In this document: positions 1-14,000 of the stretch, one piece after another
Layout of the letters: each line of letters begins with the position of its first letter
Numbering within the stretch: the stretch's first letter is position 1
Assembly (NCBI RefSeq): GCF_009914755.1
Contig: NC_060933.1
From: the human T2T-CHM13v2.0 reference genome, Homo sapiens
Reading direction: 5' to 3' (one strand)
Length of the DNA stretch: 64,000 nucleotides
Made by a program: the position numbers and the translations under genes
The notes under the pieces: model-generated
What the model was told of the DNA's origin: nothing
Database searches by the model: none
What the model saw: the letters and a program-made list of their open reading frames with translations, nothing else

Positions 1-611
1 CCATTCCATTCCTTTCCACTCGAGTTGATTCCATTCCATTCCAATCCATTGCATTCCATTCCATGCCATTCCACTCGGGTTGATTCCATTCCTTTGCATT
101 CCATTCCATTCCATTCCATTGCATTCCATTCCATTCCATTCCGTTGCATTCCATTCCATTACATTCGGATTGATTCTATTCAACTCCCTTACTCTCCATT
201 ACTTTCCATTCCATTCGGGTTGTTCCATTCCATTCCATTCCATTCCATTCCATTCCATTGCACTCGGGTTGATTCCATTCCATTCCATTCCATTCCATTC
301 CATTCCGGATGATTGCATTCCATTGCATTCCGTTCCATTACATTCCCCTGCACTCGCGTTGATTCCATTCCATTCCATTCCATTCCATTCAATTCCATTC
401 CATTACAATTCGTTCCATTCCATTCTATTCCGTACCATTCCATTCCATACCATTCCATTCCATTCCATTCCGTTCCATTCCGTTCCATTCCATTCCATTC
501 CATTCTATTCGGTTTAATTCCGTTCCATTCCATTCCATCCCATTCTATTACATTCCATTGCAATCGAGTTGAATCCATTGCATTTCATTCCATTCCATTC
601 CATTCCATTCC

Positions 612-626
612 ATTCCGGAAGATTCC
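612..626. promoter_or_regulatory. Perfect 3-unit heat-shock element consensus match (aTTCc-gGAAg-aTTCc); representative of about 32 copies in the window
   Basis: ATTCCGGAAGATTCC fits TTCnnGAAnnTTC. The motif match is direct; occupancy of this copy by HSF1 is not shown. Confidence 0.6.
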
Positions 627-2720
627 ATTGCATTGCATTCCATTCCATTCCATTCCCCTGCACTCGCGTTGATTCCATTCCATTCCATTCCATTCCATTC
701 CATTCCATTCCATTCCGTTCCGTTCCGTTCCGTTCCATTCCATTCCATTCCATTCCATTCCGTTCCGTTCCGTTCCATTCCATTCTATTCCATTCTATTC
801 GGGTTAATTCCATTCCATTCCATTCGATTGCAATCGTGTTGATTCCATTCCATTCCATTCCATTCCATTCCACTCCATTCCAGTCCTTTCCATTCCATTC
901 CACTCGGGTTGATTCCAATGTATTCCTTTCCATTCCATTCCATTCCATTGCAATCGAGTTGATTCCATTGCTTAGCATTCCATTCCATTCCATTCCATTC
1001 CGGATGATTCCATTCCATTGCATTTCATTCCTTTCCATTCCGGATGATTCCATTCCATTGCATTCCATTCCATTCCATTCCCCTGCACTCGGGTTGATTC
1101 CATTCCATTCCACTGCATTCCGTTACATTCCATTCCATTCCATTGTATTCGGGTTAATTCCATTCCATTCCATTCAATTATATTCCGTTCCATTCCATTC
1201 CATTCCATTCCATTACAAACGAGTTGATTCCATTCCATTCCATTCCATTCCATTCCATTCCATTCCATTCCATTCCATTGTACTCGGGTTGATTCCATTC
1301 CATTGCATTCCATTCCATTCCATTCCATTCCATTCCATTCCATTCCATTCCATTCCGGATGATTCCATTCCATTGCATTCCGTTCCATTACGTTCCCCTG
1401 CACTCGGGTTGATTCCATTCCACTCCTTTCCATTCCATTCAATTCCATTCCATTACAATTCGTTCCATTCCATTCTATTCCGTACCATTACATTGCATTC
1501 CATACCATTCCATTCCATTCCCTTCCATTCCATTCCATTCCGTTCCATTCCATTCCATTCCATTCCATTCCATTCCATTCCATTCTATTCGGATTAATTC
1601 CATTCCATTCCATTCCATTCCATTCTATTCCATTCCATTGCAATCGAGTTGAATCCATTGCATTTCATTCCATTCCATTCCATTCCGGAAGATTCCATTC
1701 CATTGCATTCCATTCCATTCCATTCCCCTGCACTCGCGTTGATTCCATTCCATTCCATTCCATTCCATTCCGTTCCATTCCGTTCCATTCCATTCCATTC
1801 CATTCCATTCCGTTCCGTTCCATTCCATTCCATTCCATTCCATTCTATTCGGGTTAATTCCATTCCATTCCATTCGATTGCAATCGAGTTGATTCCATTC
1901 CATTCCATTCCATTCCATTCCATTCCATTCCATTCCATTCCATTCCTTTCCATTCCATTACGGATGATTCCATTCCATTGCATTCCATTCCATTCCATTC
2001 CCCTGTACTCGGGTTGATTCCATTCCATTGCATTCCAATCCATGCCCTTCCACTCGTGTTGATTCCATTCTTTCCATTCCATTCAAGTTGAATCCATTCC
2101 ATTGCATTCCATTCCATTGGATTCCATTCGATTGCACTCGGGTTGATTCCATTCCATTGCATTCCATTGCATTCCATTCCATTCCATTCCATTCCATTCC
2201 GTTCCTTTCCATTCCATTACATTCGTATTGATTCTATTCAATTCCCTTACACTCCATTCCATTCCATTCCATTCGGGTAGTTTCCATTCCATTCCATTCC
2301 ATTCCTCTCCATTCCATTGCACTCGGGTTGATTCCAATCAATTGCATTCCATTCCATTCCATTCCATTCCATTCCTTTCCATTCCATTACGGATGATTCC
2401 ATTCCATTGCATTCCATTCCATTCCATTCCCCTGTACTCGTGTTGATTCCATTCCATTCCATTCCAATCCATGCCATTCCACTCATGTTGATTCCATTCT
2501 TTCCATTCCATTCAAGTTGAATCCATTCCATTGCATTCCATTCCTTTCGATTCCATTCTATTGCACTCGGGTTGATTCAATTCCATTGCATTCCATTCCA
2601 TTCCATTCCATTCCATTCCATTCCATTCCGTTCCGTTCCATTCCATTCCATTCCATTCTATTCGGGTTAATTCCATTCCATTCCATTCCATTCCATTCCA
2701 ATCGAGTTGATTCCATTCCA

Positions 2721-3300
2721 TTCCATTCCATTCCATTCCACTCCATTCCAGTCCTTTCCATTCCATTCCACTCGGGTTGATTCCAATGCATTCCTTTCCA
2801 TTCCATTCCATTACATTGCAATCGAGTTGATTCCATTGCTTTGCATTCCATTCCATTCCATTCCATTCCGGATGATTCCATTCCATTGCATTCCATTCCA
2901 TTCCATTCCATTCCATTCCATTCCGTTCCATTCCATTCCATTACATTCGGATTGATACTATTCAATTCCCTTACACTCCATTACATTCCATTCCATTCGG
3001 GTAGTTTCCATTACATTCCATTCCATTCCACTCCATTCCAGTCCTTTCCATTCCATTCCACTCGGGTTGATTCCAATGCATTCCTTTCCATTCCATTCCA
3101 TTACATTGCAATCGAGTTGATTCCATTGCTTTGCATTCCATTCCATTTCATTCCATTCCGGATGATTCCATTCCATTGCATTCCATTCCATTCCATTCCA
3201 TTCCATTCCATTCCGTTCCATTCCATTCCATTACATTCGGATTGATACTATTCAATTCCCTTACACTCCATTACATTCCATTCCATTCGGGTAGTTTCCA
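2721..3300 (+). repeat. Tandem duplication, 2 x 290 bp
   Basis: Private variant ATTGATACTATT at 2951 and 3241; CTCCATTCCAGTCC at 2741 and 3031; GTAGTTTCCA at 3001 and 3291. Confidence 0.9.
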
Positions 3301-6300
3301 TTCCATTCCATTCCATTCCTCTCCATTCCATTGCACTCGGGTTGATTCCATTCCATTGCATTCCATTCCATTCCATTCAATTCCATTCCGTTCCATTCCA
3401 TTGCATTACATTTGGATTGATTCTATTCAACTCCCTTACTCTCCATTACATTCCATTCCATTCGGGTTGTTCCATTCCATTCAATTCCATTCCACTCCAT
3501 TCCATTGCACTCGGGTTTATTCCATTCCATTCCATTCCATTCCATTACATTCCGGAAGATTCCATTCCATTGCATTCCATTCCATTCCATTCCCCTGCAC
3601 TCGCGTTGATTCCATTCCATTCCATTCCATTCCATTCCTTTCCGTTCCATTCCATTCCATTCCATTCCATTCCAATCCATTCCATTCCGTTCCGTTCCGT
3701 TCCATTCCATTCCATTCCATTCTATTCGGGTTAATTCCATTCCATTCCATTCGATTGCAATCGAGTTGATTCCATTCCATTCTATTCCATTCCATTCCAT
3801 TCCATTCCATTCCATTCCTTTCCATTCCAATCCATTACGGATGTTTCCATTCCATTGCATTCCATTCAATTCCATTCCCCTGTACTCGGGTTGATTCCAT
3901 TGCATTCCATTCCAATCCATGCCATTCCACTCGTGTTGATTCCATTCTTTCCATTCCATTCAAGTTGAATCCATTCCATTGCATTCCATTCCATTCCATT
4001 CCCCTGCAGTCGGGATGATTCCATTCCATTCCATTCCATTCCATTCCATTCCATTCCATTCCGTTCCATTCCATTCCATTCCATTCCATTCTATTCGGGT
4101 TAATTCCATTCCATTCCATTCCATTCCATTCCAATCGAGTTGATTCCATTCCATTCCATTCCATTCCATTCCACTCCATTCCAGTCCTTTCCCTTCCATT
4201 CCACTCGGGTTGATTCCAATGTATTCCTTTCCATTCCATTCCATTCCATTGCAATCGAGTTGATTCCATTGCTTTGCATTCCATTCCATTCCATTCCATT
4301 CCGGATGATTCCATTCCATTGCATTCCATTCCATTCCATTCCCCTGCACTCGGGTTGATTCCATTCCATTCCACTCCATTCCGTTCCATTCCATTCCATT
4401 CCATTGTATTCGGGTTAATTCCATTCCATTCCATTCCATTCCATTCCATTCCATTCCATTCCATTACAATCGAGTTGATTCCATTCCATTCCATTCCATT
4501 CCAGTCCTTTCCATTCAATTCCACTCGGGTTGATTCCATTCTATTAGTTTCCATTCCATTCCATTCCCTTCCATTCCACTCTGGTTGATACCATTCCTTT
4601 CCATTCCACTCGAATACATTCCCTCCTATTCCACTCGGAACGATTCCATTCCATTCCATTCCATTCCATTCCATTCCATTCCATTCCATTCCATTCCATT
4701 TCGTTCCATTCCATTCTATTCCGTATCATTCCATTCCATTCCATTCCATTCCATTCCATTCCATTCCATTCCATTGTACTCAGGTTGATTCAATTCCATT
4801 GCATTCCATTCCATTCCATTCAATTCCATTCCATTCCGTTGCATTCCATTCCATTACATTCGGATTGATTCTATTCAACTCCCTTACTCTCCATTACATT
4901 CCATTCCATTCGGGTTGTTCCATTCCATTCCATTCCATTCCACTCCATTCCATTGCACTCGGGTTGATTCCATTCCATTCCATTCCATTCCATTCCATTC
5001 CGGATAATTCCATTCCATTGCATTCCGTTCCATTACATTCCCCTGCACTCGCGTTGATTCCATTCCATTCCATTCCATTCCATTCCATTCAATTCCATTC
5101 CATTACAATTCGTTCCATTCCATTCTATTCCGTACCATTCCATTCCATTGCATACGATTCCATTCCATTCCATTCCATTCCATTCCATTCCATTCCATTC
5201 CGTTCCGTTCCATTCCGTTCCATTCCATTCCATTCCATTCTATTCGGATTAATTCCATTCCATTCCATTCCATTCCATTCTATTCCATTCCATTGCAATC
5301 GAGTTGAATCCATTGCATTTCATTCCATTCCATTCCATTCCATTCCATTCCGGAAGATTCCATTCCATTGCATTCCATTCCATTCCATTCCCCTGCACTC
5401 GCGTTGATTCCATTCCATTCTATTCCATTCCATTCCATTTCATTCCGTTCCGTTCCATTCCATTCCATTCCATTCCATTCCATTACGTTCCGTTCCATTC
5501 CATTCCATTCCAGTCTATTCGGGTTAATTCCATTCCATTCCATTCGATTGCAATCGAGTTGATTCCATTCCATTCCATTCCATTCCATTCCATTCCTTTC
5601 CATTCCATTGCGGATGATTCCATTCCATTGCATTCCATTCCATTCCATTCCCCTGTACTTGGGTTGATTCCATTCCATTCCATTCCAATCCATGCCATTC
5701 CAGTCGTGTTGATTCCATTCTTTCCATTCCATTCAAGTTGAATCCATTCCATTGCATTCCATTCCATTCGATTCCATTCGATTGCACTCGGGTTGATTCC
5801 ATTCCATTGCATTCCATTCCATTCCATTCCATTCCATTCCATTCCATTCCGTTCCATTGCATTCCGTTACATTCGGATTGTTTCTATTCAATTCCCTTAC
5901 ACTCCATTACATTCCATTCCATTCGGGTAGTTTCCATTCCATTCCATTCCATTCCTCTCCATTCCATTGCACTCGGGTTGATTCCATTCCATTGCATTCC
6001 ATTCCATTCCATTCAAATCCATTCCGTTCCATTCCATTCCATTGCATTCGGATTGATTCTATTCAACTCCCTTACTCTCCATTCCATTCCATTCCATTCG
6101 GTTTGTTCCCTTCCATTCCATTCCAATCCACTCCATTCCATTGCACTCGGGTTGATTCCATTCCATTCCATTCCATTCCATTCCATTCCATTCCGGAAGA
6201 TTCCATTCCATTGCATTCCATTCCATTCCATTCCCCTGCACTCGCGTTGATTCCATTCCATTCCATTCCATTCCATTCCATTCCATTCCATTCCATTCCT

Positions 6301-9300
6301 TTCCATTCCAGTCCTTTCCATTCCATTCCACTCGGGTTGATTCCATTCTATTAGTTTCCATTCCATTCCATTCCTTTCCATTCTACTCGGGTTGATTCCA
6401 TTCCATTCCATTCCACTCCATTCGGTTCCGTTGCATTCCATTCTATTGCATTCCATTCTATTCGGGTTCATTCCATTCCTTTCTATTCCATTCCATTCCA
6501 TTCCATTCCATTGCAATGGAGTTGATTCCATTCCATTCCTTTCCATTCCGGATGATTCCATTACATTGCATTCCATTCCATTCCATTCCCCTGCACTCGT
6601 GTTGATTCCATTCTCTTCCATTCCATTCCATTCCGTTCCATTCCATTCCATTCCATTATATTCCGGTTAATTCCATTCCATTCCATTCCATTCCATTCCA
6701 TTGCAATCGAGTTGATTCCATTCCATTCCTTTCCATTCCATTCCATTGCCTTGCATTCCACTCGGGTTGATTCCATTCCCTTCTTTCCACTCCATTACAT
6801 TCCCTTCCATTCCACTCGGAATGATTGATTCCATTCCATTCCATTCCATTTCATTCCATTGCAATCCATTCCAATCCATTCCATTCCATTCCATTCCACT
6901 CGAGTTGACTTCATTCCATTCCTTTCCATTCCATTCCATTCCTTTCCACTCGAGTTGATTCCATTCCATTCCAATCCATTGCATTCCATTCCATGCCATT
7001 CCACTCGGTTTGATTCCATTCCTTTGCATTCCATTCCATTGCATTCCATTCCATTCCATTCCGTTGCATTCCATTCCATTACATTCGGATTGATTCTATT
7101 CAACTCCCTTACTCTCCATTACATTCCATTCCATTCGTGTTGTTCCATTCCATTCCATTCCATACCACTCCATTCCATTCCATTCCATTCCACTCGTGTT
7201 GATTCCATTCCTTTCCATTCCATTCTGTTTGAAGTCATTCCATTCCATTCAATTCCTTTCCATTCCATTCCATTCCATTCCATTCCTCTCCATTCCATTG
7301 CACATGGCTTGATTCCATTCCATTCATTTCCATTCCATTCCATTCCATTCCATTCCATTCCATTCCATTCCATTCCATTGTACTCGGGTTGATTCCATTC
7401 CATTCCATTGCATTCCATTCCATTCCATTCCATTCCATTCCATTCCATTCCGTTCCATTCCATTCCATTATATTCGGATTGATTCTATTCAACTCCCTTA
7501 CTCTCCATTACATTCCATTCCATTCGGGTTGTTCCACTCCATTCCATTCCATTCCATTCCATTCCATTCCATTCCATTCCATTCCGGATGATTCCATTCC
7601 ATTGCATTCCGTTCCATTACATTCCCCTGCACTCCGGTTGATTCCATTCCATTCCATTAGATTCCATTCCATTCCCCTGCACTCGCGTTGATTCCATTCC
7701 ATTCCATTCCATTCCATTCCATTCCATTCCATTCCTTTCCGTTCCATTCCATTCCATTCCATTCCATTCTATTCCGTTCCGTTCCATTCCGTTCCATTCC
7801 ATTCTATTCGGGTTAATTCCCTTCCATTCCATTCGATTGCAATCGAGTTGATTCCATTCCATTCCATTCCATTCCATTCCATTCCATTCCATTCCATTCC
7901 ATTGTACTCGGGTTGTTTCTATTCCATTGCATTCCATTCCATTCAATTCCATTCCATTCCATTCCATTCCATTCCACTCTGGTTGATTCCATTCCTTTCC
8001 ATTCCACTCGAATGCATTCCCTCCTATTCCACTCGGAACGATTCCATTCCATTCCATTCCATTCCATTCCATTCCATTCCATTCCATTCCATTTCTTTCC
8101 ATTCCATTCTATTCCATACCATTCCATTCCATTCCATTCCATTCCATTCCATTCCATTCCATTCCATTCCATTTCGGATGATTCCATTCCAATGCATTCC
8201 ATTCCATTCCATTCCTCTGCACTCGGGTTGATTCCATTCCATTCCCTTCCATTCCATTCCGTTCCATTCCATTCCATTCCATTCGGATTGATTCTATTCA
8301 ATTCCCTTACACTCCATAACATTCCATTACATTCGGGTAGTTTCCATTCCATTCCATTCCATTCCTCTCCATTCCATCGCACTCGGGTTGATTCCATTCC
8401 ATTCCATTCCATTCCATTCCATTCCATTCCATTCCATTCCATTGTACTCGGGTTGATTCCATTCCATTGCATTCCATTCCATTCCATTCCATTCCGTTCC
8501 ATTCCTTTCCATTACATTCGGATTGATTCTATTCAACTCCCTTACTGTCCATTACATTCCATTCCATTCGGGTTGTTCCATTCCATTCCATTCCATTCCA
8601 CTCCATTCCATTGCACTCGGGTTGATTCCATTCCATTCCATTCCATTCCATTCCATTCCATTCCATTCCGGATGATTCCATTCCATTGCATTCCGTTCCA
8701 TTACATTCCCCTGTACTCAGGTTGATTCCATTTCATTCCATTCCATTCCATTCGATTCCATTCCTTTCTAATTATTTCCATTGCATTCTATTCCGTACCA
8801 TTGCATTCCATTCCATACAATTCCATTCCATTCCATTCCATTCCATTCCATTCCATTCCATTCCATTCCGTTCCGTTCCGTTCCATTCCATTCCATTCCA
8901 TTCTATTCGGGTTAATTCCATTCCATTCCATTCCATTCCATTCCATTCTATTGAATTCCATTGCAATCGATTTGAATCCATTGCATTCCATTCCATTCCA
9001 TTCCATTCCTCTGGAAGATTCCATTCCATTGCATTCCATTCCATTCCATTACCCTGCACTCGCGTTGATTCCATTCCATTCCATTCCATTCCATTCCATT
9101 TCATTCCAATCCATTCCGTTCCGATCCGTTCCGTTCCATTCCATTCCATTCCATTCCATTCCGAATGATTCCATTCCATTGCATTCCGTTCCATTACATT
9201 CCCCTGTACTCAGGTTGATTCCATTCCATTCCATTCCATTCCATTCCATTCCATTCCATTCCATTCTAATTCTTTCCATTCCATTCTATTCCGTACCATT

Positions 9301-10049
9301 CCATTCCATTCCATACAATTCCATTCCATTCCATTCCATTCCATTGCATTCCATTCCATTCCGTTCCATTCCATTCCATTCCATTCCATTATTCGGGTTA
9401 ATTCCATTCCATTCCATTCCATTCCATTCCATTCTATTCCATTCCATTGCAATCGAGTTGAATCCATTGCATTCCATTCCATTCCATTCCATTCCATTCC
9501 GGAAGATTCCATTCCATTGCATTCCATTCCATTCCATTACCCTGCACTCGCGTTGATTCCATTCCATTCCATTCCATTCCATTCCATTCCGTTCCGTTCC
9601 GTTCTGATCCGTTCCGTTCCATTCCATTCCATTGCATTCCATTCCATTCCCTTCCTTTCCGTTCCATTCCATTCCATTCCATTCCATTCCATTCCTTTCC
9701 GTTCCATTCCATTCCATTCCATTCTATTCGGGTTAATTCCATTCCATTCCATTCGATTGCAATCGAGTTGATTCCATTCCATTCCATTCCATTCCATTCC
9801 ATTCCATTACTTTCCATTCCATTACGGATGATTCCATTCCATTCCATTCCATTCCATTCCGTTCCATTCCATTCCATTCCATTCCGGAAGATTCCATTCC
9901 ATTGCATTCCATTCCATTCCATTCCCCTGCACTCGCGTTAATTCCATTCCATTCCATTCCATTCCATTCCATTCCGTTCCGTTCCATTCCATTCCATTCC
10001 ATTCCATTCCATTCCGTTCCATTCCATTCCATTCCATTCTATTCGTGTT

Positions 10050-11650
10050 AATTCCATTCCATTCCATTCCATTCCATTCCATTCCATTTCATTCCATTCC
10101 AATTGAGTTGATTCCATTCCATTCCATTCCATTTCATTCCACTCCATTCCAGTCCTTTCCATTCCATTCCACTCGGGTTGATGCCATTCTATTCCTTTCC
10201 ATTCCATTCCGGATGATTCCTTTCCATTGCATTCCATTCCTTTCCATTCCCCTGCTCTCGGGTTGATTCCATTCCGTTCCACTCCATTCCATTCCATTCC
10301 ATTCCATTCCATTCCATTGTATTCGGGTTAATTCCATTCCATTCCATTCCATTCCATAACATTCCATTCCATTACAATCGAGTTGATTCCATTCCATTCC
10401 ATTCCATTCCATTCCATTCCATTCAGTCCTTTCCATTCCATTCCACTCGGGTTGATTGCATTCTATTAGTTTCCATTCCATTCCATTCCCTTCCATTCCA
10501 CGCTGGTTGATTCCATTCCATTCCATTCCACTCGAATACATTCCCTCCTATTCCACTCGGAACGATTCCATTCCTTTCCATTCCATTCCATTCCATTCCA
10601 TTCCATTCCATTGCATTTCGTTCCATTCCATTCTATTCCGTCCGATTCCATTCCATTCCATTCCATTCCATTCCATTCCACTCGTGTTGATTCCATTCCT
10701 TTCCATTCCATTCGGTTTGAAGTCATTCCATTCCATTCAATTCCTTTCCATTCCATTCCATTCCATTCCATTCCATTCCATTCAGTCCTTTCCATTCCAT
10801 TCCACTCGGGTTGATTCCACTCTATTAGTTTCCATTCCATTCCATTCCCTTCCATTCCACTCTGGTTGATTCCATTCCTTTCCATTCCACTCGAATACAT
10901 TCCCTCCTATTCCACTCGGAACGATTCCATTCCATTCCATTCCATTCCATTCCATTCCATTCCATTCCATTCCATTCCATTTCGTTCCATTCCATTCTAT
11001 TCCGTCCCATTCCATTCCATTCCATTCCATTCGGTTTGAAGTCATTCCATTCCATTCAGTTCCTTTCCATTCCATTCCATTCCATTCCTTTCCATTCCAT
11101 TGCATTCCATTCCATTCCATTCCATTCCATTGCATTCCATTCCATTCCATTCCATTCCATTGCATTCCATTCCATTCCATTCCATTCCGTTCCATTCCAT
11201 TCCATTACATTCGGATTGATTCTATTCAACTCCCTTACTCTCCAATACATTCCATTCCATTCGGGTTGTTCCATTCCATTCCATTCCATTCCACTCCATT
11301 CCATTGCACTCGGGTTGATTCCATTCGATTCCATTCCATTCCATTCCATTCCATTTCGGATGATTCCATTCCATTGCATTCCATTCCATTTCATTCCCCT
11401 GCACTCGGGTTGATTCTATTCCATTGCATTCCATTCCATTCGATTCCATTCCATTCGAATTCTTTCCATTCCATTCTATTCCGTACCATTCCATTCCATT
11501 CCATTCTATACCATTCCATTCCATTCCATTCCATTCCATTCCATTCCATTCCATTCCATTCCATTCCATTGCTTTCCATTCCATTCCATTCCATACTATT
11601 TGGGTTAATTCCATTCCATTCCATTCCATTCTATTCCACTCCGTTGCAAT
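10050..11650 (+). repeat. Dispersed duplicated segment, copy 1 (partner at ~22480-24150)
   Basis: Rare markers in the same order: CCAATTGAG (~10099/22531), CGCTGGTTGA (10501/22933), paired CGAATA motifs (10533,10892/22965,23384), CGGTTTGAAGTCATTCCATTCCATTCAGTTC (11032/23584). Confidence 0.75.
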
Positions 11651-12589
11651 CGAGTTGAATCCATTGCATTGCATTCCATTCCTTTCCATTCCATTCCATT
11701 CCATTCCTTTCCATTGTACTCGTGTTGATTCCATTCCATTGCATTCCATTCCATTCCATTCCTTTCCATTCCATTCCATTGCGGATGATTCCTTTCCATT
11801 GCATTCCATTCCATTCCCCTGCACTCGGGTTGATTACATTCCATTCCATTCCCTTCCATTCCATTCCATTCCATTCCATTCCATTTTATTCGGGTTATTT
11901 CCATTCCATTCCATTCCATTCCATTCCATTCCATTGCAATCGAGTTGATTCCATTCCATTCCATTCCATTCCGTTCCGGATGATTCCATTCCATTGCATT
12001 CCATTCTATTCCATTCCCCTGCAGTCGGGTTGATTGCATACCATTCCATTCCATTCCGTTCCATTCCATTCCATTACATTCGGATTGATTCTATTCAATT
12101 TCCTTACACTCCATTACACTCCATTCGATTCGGGTAGTTTCCATTGCATTCCATTACATTCCTCTCCATTCCATTGCACTCGGGTGGATTCCATTCCATT
12201 CCATTCCATTCCATTCCATTCCGGATGATTCCATTCCATTGAATTCCATTCCATTCCATTTCCCTGCACTTGGGTTGATTAAATTCCATTCCTTTCCATT
12301 CCTTTCTGTTCCATTCCATTCCATTCCATTCCTTTGTATTCGTGTTAATTCCATTCCTTTCTATTCCATTCCATTCCATTGAAATCGAGTTGATTCCATT
12401 CCATTCCATTCCATTCCATTCCATTCCATTCCATTCCATTCCATTCCATTTCGGATGATTCCATTCCATTGCATTCCATTCCATTCCATTCCCCAGCACT
12501 CGGGTTGATTCCATTCCATTCCATTCCATTAAATTCCGTTCCATTCCATTCCATTCCATTCTATTCGGGTTAATTCCATTCCATTCAAT

Positions 12590-14000
12590 TCCACTCCATT
12601 CCAGTCCTTTCCATTTCATTCCACTCGTGTTGATTCCATTCTATTCCTTTCCATTCCATTCCATTCCATTGCAATCGAGTTGATTCCATTCGAGTTGAAT
12701 CCATTCCATTCCATTCCATTCCATTCCATAGCACACGGGTTCATTCCATTCCATTCCATTCCATTTCATTCCATTCCATTCCATTCCATTTCATTCCATT
12801 CCATTCTATTCCGTACCATTCCATTCCATCCCATTCCATTCCATTCCATTCCATGCCATTACACTCGGTTTGATTCCATTCCTTTCTATTCCATTCTTCT
12901 TGAATCCATTCCATTGCATTCCATTCCATTCGAATCAATTCCATTGCACTCGGGTTGATTCCATTCCATTCCATTCCATTCCATTTCATTCCATTCCATT
13001 CCATTACATTCGCATTGATTCTATTCAATTCCCTTACCCTCCATTATATTCCATTCCATTCGGGATGTTTCCATTCCATTCCATTCCATTCCATTCCATT
13101 CCATTGCATCGGGTTGATTCCATTCCATTCCATTCCATTCTGTTCCGGATGATTCCATTCCATTGCATTCCATTCCATTCCATTCCCCAGCAGTCGGGTT
13201 GATTCCATTCCATTCCATTCCATTCCATTCCATTCCGTTCCATTACATTCCATTCCATTCTACTCGGGTTAATTCCATTCCATTCCATTCCATTCCATTC
13301 CAATCGAGTTGATTCCATTCCATTCCATTTCATTCCACTCCATTCCAGTCCTTTCCATTCCATTCCACTCGGGTTGATTCCATTCTATTCCTTTCCATTC
13401 CATTCCATTCCATTGCAATCGAGTTGATTCCATTCGAGTTGAATCCATTCCATTACATTCCATTCCATTCCATTCCATTGCACACGGGTTCATTCCATTC
13501 CATTCCATTCTATTTCATTCCATTCCATTCCATTCCATTTCATTCCATTCCATTCTATTCCGTACCATTCCATTCCATCCCATTCCTTTCCATTCCATTC
13601 CATACCATTACACTCGTGTTGATTCCATTCCTTTCCATTCCATTCTTCTTGAATCCATTCCATTCCATTCCATTCGAATCCATTCCATTGCAATCGGGTT
13701 GATTCCATTCCATTCCATTCCATTCCATTTCATTCCATTCCATTCCATTACATTCGGATTGATTCTATTCAATTCCCTTACAGTCCATTTCATTCCATTC
13801 CATTCGGGATGTTTCCATTCCATTCCATTCCATTCCACTCCATTCCATTGCAACGGGTTGATTGCATTCCATTCCATTCAATTCCATTCCGGATGATTCC
13901 ATTCCATTGCATTCCATTCCATTCCATTCCCCTGCACTCGGGTTGATTACATTCCATTCCATTCCCTTCTATGCCTTTCCATTCCATTCCATTCCATTCT
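12590..14000 (+). repeat. Diverged tandem duplication, ~745 bp period
   Basis: GCACACGGGTTCATT at 12731 and 13480; CGGGATGTTTCC at 13061 and 13805; GATTCCATTCGAGTTGAA in both copies. Confidence 0.8.
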
